Positions 1-8,826 of a stretch of DNA of 64,000 nucleotides are shown here, piece by piece. The DNA lies in assembly GCA_964413375.1 (NCBI GenBank), contig CAYPSI010000070.1:4323-68322 (forward strand). The letters are read 5' to 3'. The stretch is from an uncultured Spirochaetales bacterium (GTDB lineage: Bacteria; Myxococcota_A; UBA9160; SMWR01). The stretch's first letter is position 1. The number at the start of each line of letters is the position of its first letter. The position numbers were made by a program, and so were the translations under genes. Under the pieces are notes generated by a model. The model saw nothing but the letters and a program-made list of their open reading frames with translations. It was not told the origin of the DNA and ran no database searches.

Positions 1-643
1 GGCCGGCCGCCGCCACACTTCGCCCGACTGCGGAGAGGAATCCCGCGCCCATGGCCAAGGTCATCTGGCGCAGCACGGCGGGGTCCTCGGCGTACGCGCG
101 CCCCACCTCCGGGTCGCGCGACAGCGCGTCCCCTCCAATCGGACGATCCATGCGCAGGCGCGGCGCGACACGGGCGACGAGGCGTAGCAGCAGCTGCTGC
201 AGCCCGGACGGTGAATCGGCTACGGCGAGGGCCGCGCCGGAGGTGACGACCCCTGCGAGCTCCGGCGCGCGCTCGGCTGCGAAGACGGCAACGACGAGGC
301 CGCCCATGCTGTGTCCCACCAGGAAGATCGGGAGTTCCGGAGCCTCCTCGCGGGCTCGCGAGAGCGCGATCTCGAGATCATCGAGAAGCTCCTCGAAGCG
401 CCGCGCGTGTCCGCGCACACCGGCTGAGCGCCCGTGGCCGCGATGGTCGTAGGCATGCACCGCGCAGCCCCGCGCGGCGAGCCACGCCCCCACGTGCTCG
501 TAGCGTGCGCTGTGCTCCGCCCAGCCGTGAACGAGCAGTACCGTCCGCTCGGGGCGATCGGGCAGCCAGGAGCGACCGAAGAGGTCGAGCCCCCCGGAGC
601 CCTCGAAGACGATTTCCCTGCGCCGGATCCACGGGCCCTGCAC
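1..643 (-). CDS. alpha/beta hydrolase, lysophospholipase/monoacylglycerol-lipase-like (3' end runs off the window)
   Basis: Not in the ORF track, because no stop lies in the window. Hand translation of the reverse strand from GTG 641-643 gives VQGPWIRRREIVFEG..LLVHGWAEHSARY..PIFLVGHSMGG (GxSxG elbow near 305-325)..LAMGAGFLSAVGRS, with no stop down to position 2. Confidence 0.75.
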   Translation of the reverse strand, partial: MQGPWIRRREIVFEGSGGLDLFGRSWLPDRPERTVLLVHGWAEHSARYEHVGAWLAARGCAVHAYDHRGHGRSAGVRGHARRFEELLDDLEIALSRAREEAPELPIFLVGHSMGGLVVAVFAAERAPELAGVVTSGAALAVADSPSGLQQLLLRLVARVAPRLRMDRPIGGDALSRDPEVGRAYAEDPAVLRQMTLAMGAGFLSAVGRSVAAAG

Positions 644-712
644 GAAGTGCAGGCTACCCCGACCGCCTGCATTTCTCACCCGGTCGCAGATGGAGGAGCC
701 CGGGCGGGCGGA

Positions 713-1255
713 TCAGGACTCCGCCTGGCGTTGGATCGCGGCTCGCGCGGCGCGCACGCGATGGAGATAGGACAAGCCGCGGATCTCGGAGCCCCAGAAG
801 TAGGCCGAGATGCCGTCCTCCTCGCCGAGGCGGCGGATGTTGTCCGCCAGGATCATGCAGCCCGCCTCGACGTTGCTCTCCGCCGTGGTCAGGTTGCCCG
901 CAAAATCGGCTCGCGCGGCCATGTGCGGCATCACCTGCATCAGCCCGACCGCGCCCGCCGGACTGCGCACCCACGGGCGTGCCGTGCTCTCGACGCGCAT
1001 CACGGCCGTCACGAGTTGCGGATCGAGCTCGTACTTGGCGCTGTACTTGATCACCGCTGCGGCGATGCGCCGCACCTGGCGCTCCGTCAACGTGGAGTTG
1101 AGGCGCTGCAGCTGCAGGGCGACCTGAGCTTCGCCGAACACGGTGGTCTGACCGCTGGAGGCTCCCGCCAGCGATGCGCCAACGGACAGCGGCTCTCCGT
1201 CGAAAACCAGCAGGGCGCACATGAGAGCGAGCGCGACAGTGCCCGAGCGACTCAT
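713..1255 (-). CDS. lytic transglycosylase (SLT domain), secreted
   Basis: ORF 713..1354 trimmed to internal ATG 1255, preceded by GAGGAGG. The N-terminus looks like a signal peptide (MSRSGTVALALMCALLV). SLT motifs are present: VMRVES, GAVGLMQVMP, AYFWG. Confidence 0.8.
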   Translation of the reverse strand: MSRSGTVALALMCALLVFDGEPLSVGASLAGASSGQTTVFGEAQVALQLQRLNSTLTERQVRRIAAAVIKYSAKYELDPQLVTAVMRVESTARPWVRSPAGAVGLMQVMPHMAARADFAGNLTTAESNVEAGCMILADNIRRLGEEDGISAYFWGSEIRGLSYLHRVRAARAAIQRQAES

Positions 1256-1513
1256 TCGAGCCTCCTCGCCGCGCGCTGCCCCCGCGGGGCCCGAATGTTC
1301 GCGCGGCCGATCGCTAAGACTAGTCGAGCGAACGACTCCGGACCATGAGCACACGCAGGACGACGCAGAAGCACGCCTTCACACGCGCGAAGCGACGGCT
1401 GCGCATCGCTTGCACCGGCCCTGCCCATCGTCGAGTTCGGACTTCCTTCGCCAGAGCGCTGGTGGTAGGATGCGTGGCGTCCGGGTGGGGATGGGAGTCT
1501 GAAGGAACTTCGG

Positions 1514-1537
1514 GTACACGGCGCTAGCGCCGTGCAC
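1514..1537. promoter_or_regulatory. near-perfect palindrome in the divergent SLT / histidine-kinase intergenic region
   Basis: GTACACGGCGCTAGCGCCGTGCAC. The central 18 bp, CACGGCGCTAGCGCCGTG (1517-1534), is a perfect loop-less palindrome, so it looks more like a dimeric protein site than an RNA hairpin. Confidence 0.3.
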
Positions 1538-1647
1538 CGGCTCGGTTGGGGTTGCACAGGCGTTGCGTTGGATCGCGCGGATGCAGTGCGTCAGGGATTG
1601 AGAGGGAACTCGTCCCGAGCATTCCTTTAGAGGACTAGACGAAACGA

Positions 1648-3099
1648 ATGAAAGCCCAGCCTTGCACCCAGGCGGCGATCGCGGATTTCACGTCCGCGCG
1701 CACGCTCATCGAGCTCCTCTCGCGCATTCATCCCCTTCTCCTCGTCTACGACGCGCACGGCATCATCCGCTGGATCAGCGATGGCTTCGGCTCGCTGTGC
1801 AGCGACGCGCCGGCGCTGCTCGGGCGGCCACTGCGCGCGATGTTGCCGATGCTTCCTCAGGGCGAGCAGCTCGAGGATCTGCGCAGCCGCTTCGAGGAGC
1901 GCGGCTTCCTTCCGAACGTTCTTCTCGATCTCGAGACCCGCGACCACGCGCGTCTGCCGCTCGAAGTCAGCGTGCTGCGGCTCCCCGAGTCGGAGGGCGA
2001 GGCCCTGTTCGCGGTGATCGCGAGGCCCGGCGACGCGCCCGGCCAGCTGCCCTCAGAGGCCGCCAGCTCGATCCTCGAATCCGCCCCCGATGCGATCCTG
2101 GCCGTCGACCCGCACGGCTTCGTGCGCTACGCGAACGCGGCCCTCGCCCGCCTGGTGGCCGAAGATCGCGAGAGCCTCCGCAACCGTCCGCTCGCGCTGC
2201 TCGCGGCGGGGAGCCGCGACATCGAGCAGCTGCTCGCACCGCTGGGCGGTGACGGACCCTCGGGCGAGCTCGAGCTGCGCCTGCGCCGGAGCGAGGGCGG
2301 CCCGGTGCCGGTAGCCGTCACCGTGAGTCCGCATCGCGACCCGGACGGAAACCTGCGCGGCGCGATCCTCTGCGTGCGAGACGCCACCGCACAACGACGG
2401 CAGAGCGAGCTGGCGCGCCGCAACGACGAGCTCGAACACTGCGTGCAGACGCTGGCCCACGATCTGCGCTCCCCGCTCGTGGCGCTGCTCGGCTTCTCGC
2501 GGCTCCTGCGCCAGGACTACGCCGACCAGCTCGACGATACCGGAGCGCATTTCATCGATCGCATCGAGCAGGCGGGGCGCACGATGGAAGCGCTGATCCA
2601 CGATCTTCTCGAGCTGTCGCGAATCGGGCAGCCTGGCGAGCGCCCGTCGATGGTCGATCCGCGTGCGGTCCTGCTCCAGCTCCATGCCGAGGTGAAGCCG
2701 CGGCTCGAGGCCGCCGACATCGAGCTGGTCCTTCCGGTGGATCCTCCGCTCGTCTTCTGTGACCGCACGCGTCTCTACCAGGTCTTCTCCAACCTGATCG
2801 GGAACGGGATCCACCACATGGGTGCCGGCGAGGGCGCTCGTATCGAGGTGGAGGTGGTGGAGGACGAGGAGTTCCACCGCATCAGCGTGAGAGATACGGG
2901 GCGTGGAATCGCTCCCGAGCACCACCTGCGCATCTTCGAGGTGTTCCAGAGCGTGGGCGCCCGGCGGGACGGGAGCCACGGTACGGGCATCGGGCTCGCC
3001 ATCGTGCGCAAGATCGCCGAGACCCACGGCGGCCGAGCATGGGTCGAGAGCGAGCCCGGTCACGGCTCCACCTTCCACGTCACCCTCCTACGCCGCTAG
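1648..3099 (+). CDS. PAS-domain sensor histidine kinase (no adjacent response regulator)
   Basis: 483-aa ORF with an H-box (HDLRSPL), an N box (NLIGNGIHH) and G boxes (DTGRGI, GTGIGLAIV). The N-terminal half is PAS-like. Confidence 0.85.
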   Translation: MKAQPCTQAAIADFTSARTLIELLSRIHPLLLVYDAHGIIRWISDGFGSLCSDAPALLGRPLRAMLPMLPQGEQLEDLRSRFEERGFLPNVLLDLETRDHARLPLEVSVLRLPESEGEALFAVIARPGDAPGQLPSEAASSILESAPDAILAVDPHGFVRYANAALARLVAEDRESLRNRPLALLAAGSRDIEQLLAPLGGDGPSGELELRLRRSEGGPVPVAVTVSPHRDPDGNLRGAILCVRDATAQRRQSELARRNDELEHCVQTLAHDLRSPLVALLGFSRLLRQDYADQLDDTGAHFIDRIEQAGRTMEALIHDLLELSRIGQPGERPSMVDPRAVLLQLHAEVKPRLEAADIELVLPVDPPLVFCDRTRLYQVFSNLIGNGIHHMGAGEGARIEVEVVEDEEFHRISVRDTGRGIAPEHHLRIFEVFQSVGARRDGSHGTGIGLAIVRKIAETHGGRAWVESEPGHGSTFHVTLLRR

Positions 3100-3110
3100 G
3101 GCAAACGAGA

Positions 3111-3130
3111 GCAAGCGCAGCGCGCAGCGG
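3111..3130 (+). repeat. dispersed repeat, truncated H module
   Basis: GCAAGCGCAGCGCGCAGCGG matches the first 20 nt of the H consensus (see findings). Confidence 0.6.
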
Positions 3131-3174
3131 GTCTCCCTGCTGCGCCATCAGCCGAACCCGGATCGAGCCAGCAA

Positions 3175-3247
3175 GCAAGCGAAGCGCGCAGCGAGGCGAA
3201 GCCGAGCGGAGAGTGCTGCCCACACGCGGGTCGTGGCATCGTCCTCG
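3175..3247 (+). repeat. dispersed repeat, H module plus degenerate T tail
   Basis: GCAAGCGAAGCGCGCAGCGAGGCGAAGCCGAGCGGAG followed by ...GTCGTGGCATCGTCCTCG. The H module is identical to the copies at 19203 and 19249. Confidence 0.85.
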
Positions 3248-3289
3248 AATTGCGGCCTCGCCGCGCTTCGCATAGCCTCGCCGCGCGCG

Positions 3290-4057
3290 ATGTACCCCGA
3301 GCTCTTCACCGTCCCCGGCACGAACTTCACCATCAGCACCTTCGGGCTGATGCTGGCACTCGCCTTCCTCGTGGGCACGTGGATCACGAGCCATCGCATG
3401 GGCGAGGAAGGGCTCGATCCCGATGCCACGACCTTGCTCATCTATGTGATGATCGGCGGCATCCTGGGCTCGAAGCTCTACTTCGCCTTCGATGTCCACC
3501 TGCGCACCGGGGCGCCGCTCGCGTCGCTGCTCTTCGCGCGCGAGGGGATCACCTGGTACGGAGGGCTCGTCGGGGCAACGCTGCTCGGAACGATCGGCTG
3601 CCGGATCCACGGGATTCCCGTGAAGACCTTCGCGGATTGCACGGCGGTGGCCGGCCCGATCGGGCAGGCGATCGGACGCCTCGGCTGCTTCCTGGTGGGA
3701 GACGACTACGGGCGCCCGACAGACCTGCCCTGGGGCGTTGCCTTCCCGCGCGGCGCGCCGCCGACCGAGATCCCCGTCCATCCGACGCAGCTCTACGAGA
3801 TCGCCTGGCTGCTGCCGGTGGCCGGCTTCCTGTGGATGCGGAGGCACAAGAGCCCCTTCCTCTTCGGCGAGTACATCGCCCTGAACGGACTCGGGCGCCT
3901 CTTCATCGAGCACTGGCGCGTCAATCCCCGCGTCGCTCTCGGTCTCACCGAGCCCCAGTGGATCGGGATCGCACTCATCGCACTCGGAACGGCGGGCTGG
4001 CTCTACTACGCGCGGGTCAGCGGGCCTCCGCAGCCGCCGGCACGCGCAGCGCGCTGA
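3290..4057 (+). CDS. lgt: prolipoprotein diacylglyceryl transferase
   Basis: ORF 2903..4057 trimmed to ATG 3290, because the upstream part is read-through of the repeat. Lgt signatures are present: MYPELFTVPG, GITWYGGLVG, GRLGCFLVGDDYG, HPTQLYE. Confidence 0.9.
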   Translation: MYPELFTVPGTNFTISTFGLMLALAFLVGTWITSHRMGEEGLDPDATTLLIYVMIGGILGSKLYFAFDVHLRTGAPLASLLFAREGITWYGGLVGATLLGTIGCRIHGIPVKTFADCTAVAGPIGQAIGRLGCFLVGDDYGRPTDLPWGVAFPRGAPPTEIPVHPTQLYEIAWLLPVAGFLWMRRHKSPFLFGEYIALNGLGRLFIEHWRVNPRVALGLTEPQWIGIALIALGTAGWLYYARVSGPPQPPARAAR

Positions 4058-4979
4058 GCCGCTCGACGAGCGCTGCCGCCGAGCGCAGCAGGGCCGAGCG
4101 CCCGCTTCCCTGCACCAGACGGTCGAGCTTCGATAGCGCCGCCAACGCGAGCCCCGCCAGGAAGGCGTCCGCGGACGTCGCCGCACGTGCCCAGACGCCG
4201 AGCTGCGCCACGCTCTGCTCGTAGTCTCCCGAAAGATAGGCGCGCATGCCGCGCGCGTAGGAGGCCTGCCGCTCCATCTCCGCGGCATCTCCGCCCCGTC
4301 GCGTCGCCTCGGCGAAAGCCTGCTCCGCTTCGCCGTAGTGCCCACTCTCGAGGTAGGAGCCGCCGGCCAGCGCGAAGCTGCGGGCGGCGTCCCCGTGCTG
4401 AAGCTTCGAGAGCACCGCGTCCAGGTTCTCAGCGAAAGCAGCCTGGACGAGCCCTGGATGTTCGATCAGGCAGCGCATCACGAGCCCGTCGTCGGCGTGC
4501 CGGCCGAGCAGCAGCGAGAGCTGCGAGCAGGTCTGCTCGAGCAAAGTCTCGACCTCCTCGAGGCCCTCCCCGAGCCGGGCGGAAACCGTCCCGAGGATCT
4601 TCTCGAACTCCTGGAAGAGAACATCTGCCCCCTCCTCCGCCTGGCCGCGCAGCGCGCGGACCTGCGGCCCGTAGACTTCACGCTGATAGAAGTTCTCGCG
4701 AAACTTCATCGCTTCGTGAAAGAGCGACCCGACGACGAGATCGAAGAGCAGCTCGCGCTCCGGCGCCTCGCGCCGCGGGCCGCCCCGTGGGCGGAAGAGC
4801 GCGTGGCAGCGCTCCTTCAGCCGGAAGAGCACGCTCCGCTCGTCGTCCACGAAGACCGGATCGAGATCCTCGAAGCGCAGGCTGCCGGCCCGGAACAACG
4901 CGAAGAGCCGCCTCAGCTCACGGTGGGTGCTGAGGAAATCGCGGACGACGTCGACGAATCCCGGCGGCGCGGTCGGCAC
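4017..4979 (-). CDS. hypothetical protein, helical with a TPR-like C-terminal half
   Basis: 320-aa ORF with a coding-like composition and a GTG start. No family recognised. The 3' end overlaps the lgt 3' end by 41 nt (convergent). Confidence 0.5.
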   Translation of the reverse strand: MPTAPPGFVDVVRDFLSTHRELRRLFALFRAGSLRFEDLDPVFVDDERSVLFRLKERCHALFRPRGGPRREAPERELLFDLVVGSLFHEAMKFRENFYQREVYGPQVRALRGQAEEGADVLFQEFEKILGTVSARLGEGLEEVETLLEQTCSQLSLLLGRHADDGLVMRCLIEHPGLVQAAFAENLDAVLSKLQHGDAARSFALAGGSYLESGHYGEAEQAFAEATRRGGDAAEMERQASYARGMRAYLSGDYEQSVAQLGVWARAATSADAFLAGLALAALSKLDRLVQGSGRSALLRSAAALVERLSALRVPAAAEAR

Positions 4980-5002
4980 GGCCCCATTATAGTGGGCGGC
5001 GC

Positions 5003-6310
5003 ATGCAGAACGCTCCGGGGGGGGGTGCGATCGCCGATCGCGTCAGCGCGTGCGGCCATTCCGGCCCGGAGGCCCCCGCACCCCGGCAGGACCCCGGCGG
5101 CCCCCCCGGCTCGGGAGCGCCGAGCCGCAGCGTGCTCGTCGTGGTTTTCGCGACGATCCTGATCGACTTCATCGGCTTCAGCGTCCTGATCCCGATCCTC
5201 CCGCTCTTCGCCGAGCGCCTCGGGGCGAGCCCTGTGGAGGTCGCGCTGCTGCTCGCGCTCTACGCGCTCGCGCAGCTGCTCTTCTCGCCGATGTGGGGCT
5301 GGGTCTCCGACCGCATCGGGCGCAGGCCGGTGATCCTGGTCTCGCTCTTCGGCACCGTCGGCTCCTTCCTCGTGCTGGCCTTCGCGAACTCGATCGGGGC
5401 CCTCTACGCGGCGAGGATCGTGGGCGGCTTCTTCGCAGCGACCATCGGGACCGCACAGGCGGTGGTGACGGACGTGACGCGACCCGAGGACCGCGCGCGC
5501 GGAATGGCCGTGATCGGAGCCGCTTTCGGCGCCGGGATGATCGTGGGCCCGATGCTCGGCGGACTGCTCTCGGAGCTCGGCGCGAAGGTTCCCTTCTACG
5601 CCGTCGCGGCACTCGCCGCTGCGAACTTCGTACTCGCCTGGCTGCGTCTGCCCGAATCGCGGCCGCCGGGGCTATCTCCGCCCGGCTGGTTCGAGTTCTG
5701 GCACTCGCTCGTGCCGACGCCCCTGCGACTCCTGGGTGCGGTGCACGAGCGCCGCATCGCCCTCTACCTGTATTTCTTCTTCCACCTCTTCACCGCCTTC
5801 GCGGTGCTGGAAGCCCTGATCACGCTCTACGTCGGCATGCGCTTTGGTGCAAGCATGCTCGATGTGGGGCTGCTCTTCGCGTGGATCGGGCTCGTGCTGG
5901 TGCTCACACAGGCCCTCGGGCTGCGCCGGCTCGCGCGACGCTTCGACGAAGCACAGCTCGTGGCGCTCGGTCTCGCCGCGATGGGAATCGGGCTCGCGCT
6001 GCTCCCCGCTCTTCCCACCTTCCGCTGGTTCTTCCCGGCGGGCGCGGCGATCGCCTTCGGCAACGGCCTCGCAATCCCCGCCTTCACGAGCCTCTACTCG
6101 AAGGCCTGCCGCGCCGAAAGGGCGGGCGAGCTCCTGGGACAGAGCCAGGCGATGGCCACCACCGGGCGCATCGTGGGCCCCATCTGCGGCGGGCTCTTGA
6201 TGCAGAGCGTCTCGCCTGGCGCGCCCTTCATCGTCGCGGGAGCGATGATGCTCGCCGCGCTGGCGATGTTCCAGGCCACGCGCTCCGTGCTCGTCGTCAC
6301 GGAGGGCTGA
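5003..6310 (+). CDS. MFS transporter (drug:H+ antiporter / TetA-like)
   Basis: Multiple TM segments and MFS motif A (WGWVSDRIGRRPV). The first ~44 aa are low complexity, so the true start may be the GTG near 5135. Confidence 0.8.
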   Translation: MQNAPGGGAIADRVSACGHSGPEAPAPRQDPGGPPGSGAPSRSVLVVVFATILIDFIGFSVLIPILPLFAERLGASPVEVALLLALYALAQLLFSPMWGWVSDRIGRRPVILVSLFGTVGSFLVLAFANSIGALYAARIVGGFFAATIGTAQAVVTDVTRPEDRARGMAVIGAAFGAGMIVGPMLGGLLSELGAKVPFYAVAALAAANFVLAWLRLPESRPPGLSPPGWFEFWHSLVPTPLRLLGAVHERRIALYLYFFFHLFTAFAVLEALITLYVGMRFGASMLDVGLLFAWIGLVLVLTQALGLRRLARRFDEAQLVALGLAAMGIGLALLPALPTFRWFFPAGAAIAFGNGLAIPAFTSLYSKACRAERAGELLGQSQAMATTGRIVGPICGGLLMQSVSPGAPFIVAGAMMLAALAMFQATRSVLVVTEG

Positions 6311-6318
6311 TCCTTTCC

Positions 6319-6366
6319 ACTTCGCTCGCCTTCGGCTCGCTGCGCGCGGCCATCGGCTGCTTGCGG
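6319..6366 (-). repeat. dispersed repeat, H module (reverse orientation, with an internal insertion)
   Basis: CTTCGCTCGCCTTCGGCTCGCTGCGCGCGGCCATCGGCTGCTTGC aligns to the reverse complement of H. Confidence 0.6.
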
Positions 6367-6451
6367 CTCAGCCCGCACTTCTCGGCGGGGCGCATGGCTC
6401 GGGGTGGGGCTATCCTGAGGCGTGAAAGCGAAGCTTGCGGAGGTTCCCTCG

Positions 6452-8146
6452 ATGAGCCAGCCCGTCGAACGCGAGAGCATGGAGGTCGACGTCCTGTACG
6501 TGGGCGCCGGTCCCGCGAACCTCGCCTCGGCGATCCATCTGATGAGCCGCGTCGAGGCGTGGAACCGCGACGCCGCGGCGCGCAATCAGCCGACGATCGA
6601 GCCCCCGAGCGTACTGGTACTCGAAAAGGGCGCCGCCGTCGGCGATCACATGCTTTCGGGCGCGGTGATGAACCCGAAGGCGATCGCCGAGCTCGTGCCC
6701 GACTTCGCGAGTCAGGGCTTTCCCACGGAGCACGTCTGCGACTACGCCGGCTTCTGGGTCTTCCACCCGAAGGGAAAACTCTCGGTGCCGGTGGTGCCGC
6801 CGAACTTCCAGAAGAAGGGCTACCACGTCGTCTCGCTCAATCGCGTCGCCAAGTGGCTGGCCGAGCGGGCCGAGGCGGCAGGGATCGACATCTTCCCGGG
6901 CTTCGCCGGGGACGAGCTCCTCGTCGAGGGTGGCCGCGTCGTCGGCGTCCGCACCGGCAGCATGGGCGTCGACCGCAACGGAAGCCCGAAGGCGAACTTC
7001 CAGCTGGGCATGGACATCCGGGCCAAGGTGACCGTGATCGGAGAGGGAGTGCGCGGAAGCCTCTCCAAGCAGCTGATCGAGCGCTTCGGACTCGAGGGCG
7101 AGAATCCCCAGACCTTCGAGACGGGCATCAAGGAGATCTGGCGCATCGATCCGAAGAAGCACCGGCCCGGACGGGTCGTGCATGGCTTCCTCTTCCCGGA
7201 GATCATGCGGCGTTTCCACGGCATGTGGCTCTACGACATGCAGGACGACCTGATCTCCTACGGCTTCGTCACGCTGCTCGACTCGGAGAATCCCGGCTGC
7301 GATCCGCACCTCGAGGCGCAGAAATTCAAGACGACGCCCTACATGCGCTGGCTTCTGGAGGGCGCCGAGCTCGTGAAGTACGGCGCCAAGGTCATCCCGA
7401 CGGGCGGGCTGCGCGCCCAGCCGAAGCTCTACACCGACGGCGCGATGCTCGTCGGAGATTCGGCGAGCTTCTGCAACGCACAAAATCTGGCCGGCATCCA
7501 CATGGCCATGAAGTCCGGCATGCTGGCCGCGGAGACGATCGTCGAAGCCCTGGCGCAGCAGGATTTCGGCAGCAAGACGCTCGGCGGCTACGCCGAGCGC
7601 TACCGCAGCAGCTGGGCCTTCGAGGAGCACTGGCAAGCGCGCAATTTCGGCCCCTCGATCGAGCGCGGCCCCCTCTTCTTCGCGCTGAACGAGCCGCTCC
7701 GGATGCTCTCGGGGGGCCGCGGCCTGATCGAGAACATGCACGCAAACCCAGGCTACACGAGGATGCGTCGCCTCTCCGAGCTCCCGGCGGCGGAGCGCAC
7801 GAAACAACCCTTCGCCTTCGACGGCAAGCTCACCTTCAGCAAGGAACACCTCGTCCAGTTCAGCGGCACGCAGCACGAGGTGGACCAGCCATCGCACCTC
7901 GTGGTGGCAGACACCGACCTGTGCAGCACGACCTGCGCGGAGGAGTTCGGGAACCCCTGCGAGAACTTCTGCCCGGCGGCGGTCTACGAGATGGTTCCGG
8001 ACGCGGAGCATCCCGGACGCAAGAGGCTCTTCATCCATCACGAGAACTGCGTGCACTGCAAGACTTGCGACATCGCAGATCCCTACCAGGTGATCACGTG
8101 GACGCCGCCGCAGGGCGGCGAAGGCCCGGACTACGAGCGCATGTGA
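6452..8146 (+). CDS. electron-transfer flavoprotein:ubiquinone oxidoreductase (ETF-QO)
   Basis: ORF 6422..8146. I prefer ATG 6452 because GGAGG lies 8 nt upstream. It has an FAD fingerprint (DVLYVGAGPANLA) and a C-terminal 4Fe-4S motif (CVHCKTCDI..TWTPPQGGEGP.Y). Confidence 0.9.
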   Translation: MSQPVERESMEVDVLYVGAGPANLASAIHLMSRVEAWNRDAAARNQPTIEPPSVLVLEKGAAVGDHMLSGAVMNPKAIAELVPDFASQGFPTEHVCDYAGFWVFHPKGKLSVPVVPPNFQKKGYHVVSLNRVAKWLAERAEAAGIDIFPGFAGDELLVEGGRVVGVRTGSMGVDRNGSPKANFQLGMDIRAKVTVIGEGVRGSLSKQLIERFGLEGENPQTFETGIKEIWRIDPKKHRPGRVVHGFLFPEIMRRFHGMWLYDMQDDLISYGFVTLLDSENPGCDPHLEAQKFKTTPYMRWLLEGAELVKYGAKVIPTGGLRAQPKLYTDGAMLVGDSASFCNAQNLAGIHMAMKSGMLAAETIVEALAQQDFGSKTLGGYAERYRSSWAFEEHWQARNFGPSIERGPLFFALNEPLRMLSGGRGLIENMHANPGYTRMRRLSELPAAERTKQPFAFDGKLTFSKEHLVQFSGTQHEVDQPSHLVVADTDLCSTTCAEEFGNPCENFCPAAVYEMVPDAEHPGRKRLFIHHENCVHCKTCDIADPYQVITWTPPQGGEGPDYERM

Positions 8147-8289
8147 GTCGCGCTCGGGCACGTGCAACGCACACGCAACGAGGCGGCGACGCGCAGTCGC
8201 AAGCTCCGCGCGCAGTCAAGGCCGGGGGGAAGTCCCCTCAAGCCCTGCCCGGGGCCGGACGAAGACGGGGGTCGACGGAGGACCCCCCC

Positions 8290-8706
8290 ATGCGTCGACG
8301 AATCGCGTTCGTCTTCATCCTCGGACTCTGGCTCTGCGCTCCGGCTTCGGCCGACGAGTCGCCGCGCGCAGGGGCCAATGCGAGCCACGAACGGGCGGAG
8401 GTCGCCTTCCAGGACTTCGCGCGCGACTTCATGGCAAAAGTCCGCAGCCAGGAAGAACGCGAGCGGCACAAGCCCCGGGTCGCCGCGGGCCCCGGTGCCG
8501 CCGTGTTCACCTATCGTGGCTACGGCGAGGAGTTCCGCACGGAACTGCGCCCCACCGGGCAGGCGGCTGCGCCCTTCGTCGGGCTGCTCCACTACACGGA
8601 GCACGTCTACAGCTGCCGCGATCTCGAGGGTGGCAGCTGCACGGTGGCGTCGACGGTCCCGGTGACCGAGATCTTCCGCTACCAGCGCGGAAGCTGGGCG
8701 TATTAG
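8290..8706 (+). CDS. small secreted hypothetical protein
   Basis: In-frame tail of the spurious ORF 5050..8706. ATG 8290 begins a signal peptide (MRRRIAFVFILGLWLCAPASA). The protein is 138 aa with no recognised family. Confidence 0.5.
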   Translation: MRRRIAFVFILGLWLCAPASADESPRAGANASHERAEVAFQDFARDFMAKVRSQEERERHKPRVAAGPGAAVFTYRGYGEEFRTELRPTGQAAAPFVGLLHYTEHVYSCRDLEGGSCTVASTVPVTEIFRYQRGSWAY

Positions 8707-8708
8707 TC

Positions 8709-8789
8709 AGAGGACGTTGCGTCGATCCGGACGGTGGCTGCCCTCTCCGCTCGCCTGCGGCTCGCTGCGCGGCGGCTGTGCCGCCTTGC
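8709..8789 (-). repeat. dispersed repeat, full T+H element (reverse orientation)
   Basis: GAGGACGTTGCG..ACGGTGGCTGCCCTCTCCGCTCGCCTGCGGCTCGCTGCGCGG..CTTGC aligns to the reverse complement of the 22624-22698 copy. It starts 3 nt after the upstream stop codon. Confidence 0.75.
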
Positions 8790-8826
8790 TGGGGAGGGGG
8801 GAGGCTCCAAGGGCTCGCTTCGGGGA

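Noticed and set aside
2053-3078. Long ORFs opposite well-supported genes: a 341-aa minus-strand ORF antisense to the histidine kinase, plus 33903..35579 (+), 25554..27431 (-), 25574..27514 (+), 39959..? and 37959..39860 (+).
   Set aside because: Each overlaps one or more genes with clear domain signatures on the other strand or in another frame. None shows motifs of its own.
4988-5005. TATAGT hexamer 9 nt upstream of the MFS ATG (5003), suggesting a leaderless mRNA.
   Set aside because: - There is no acceptable -35 at 17 +/- 1 nt.
- The MFS start codon itself is doubtful, because the N-terminus is low complexity and an alternative GTG lies near 5135.
- The evidence is too weak to call.
8198-8220. 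Possible additional degenerate H copies at 8198-8220 (GCAAGCTCCGCGCGCAGTCAAGG) and at about 1385-1412.
   Set aside because: Only about 70% identity over about 22 nt in a GC-rich background. That is not distinguishable from chance by eye, so these were left out of the repeat count.
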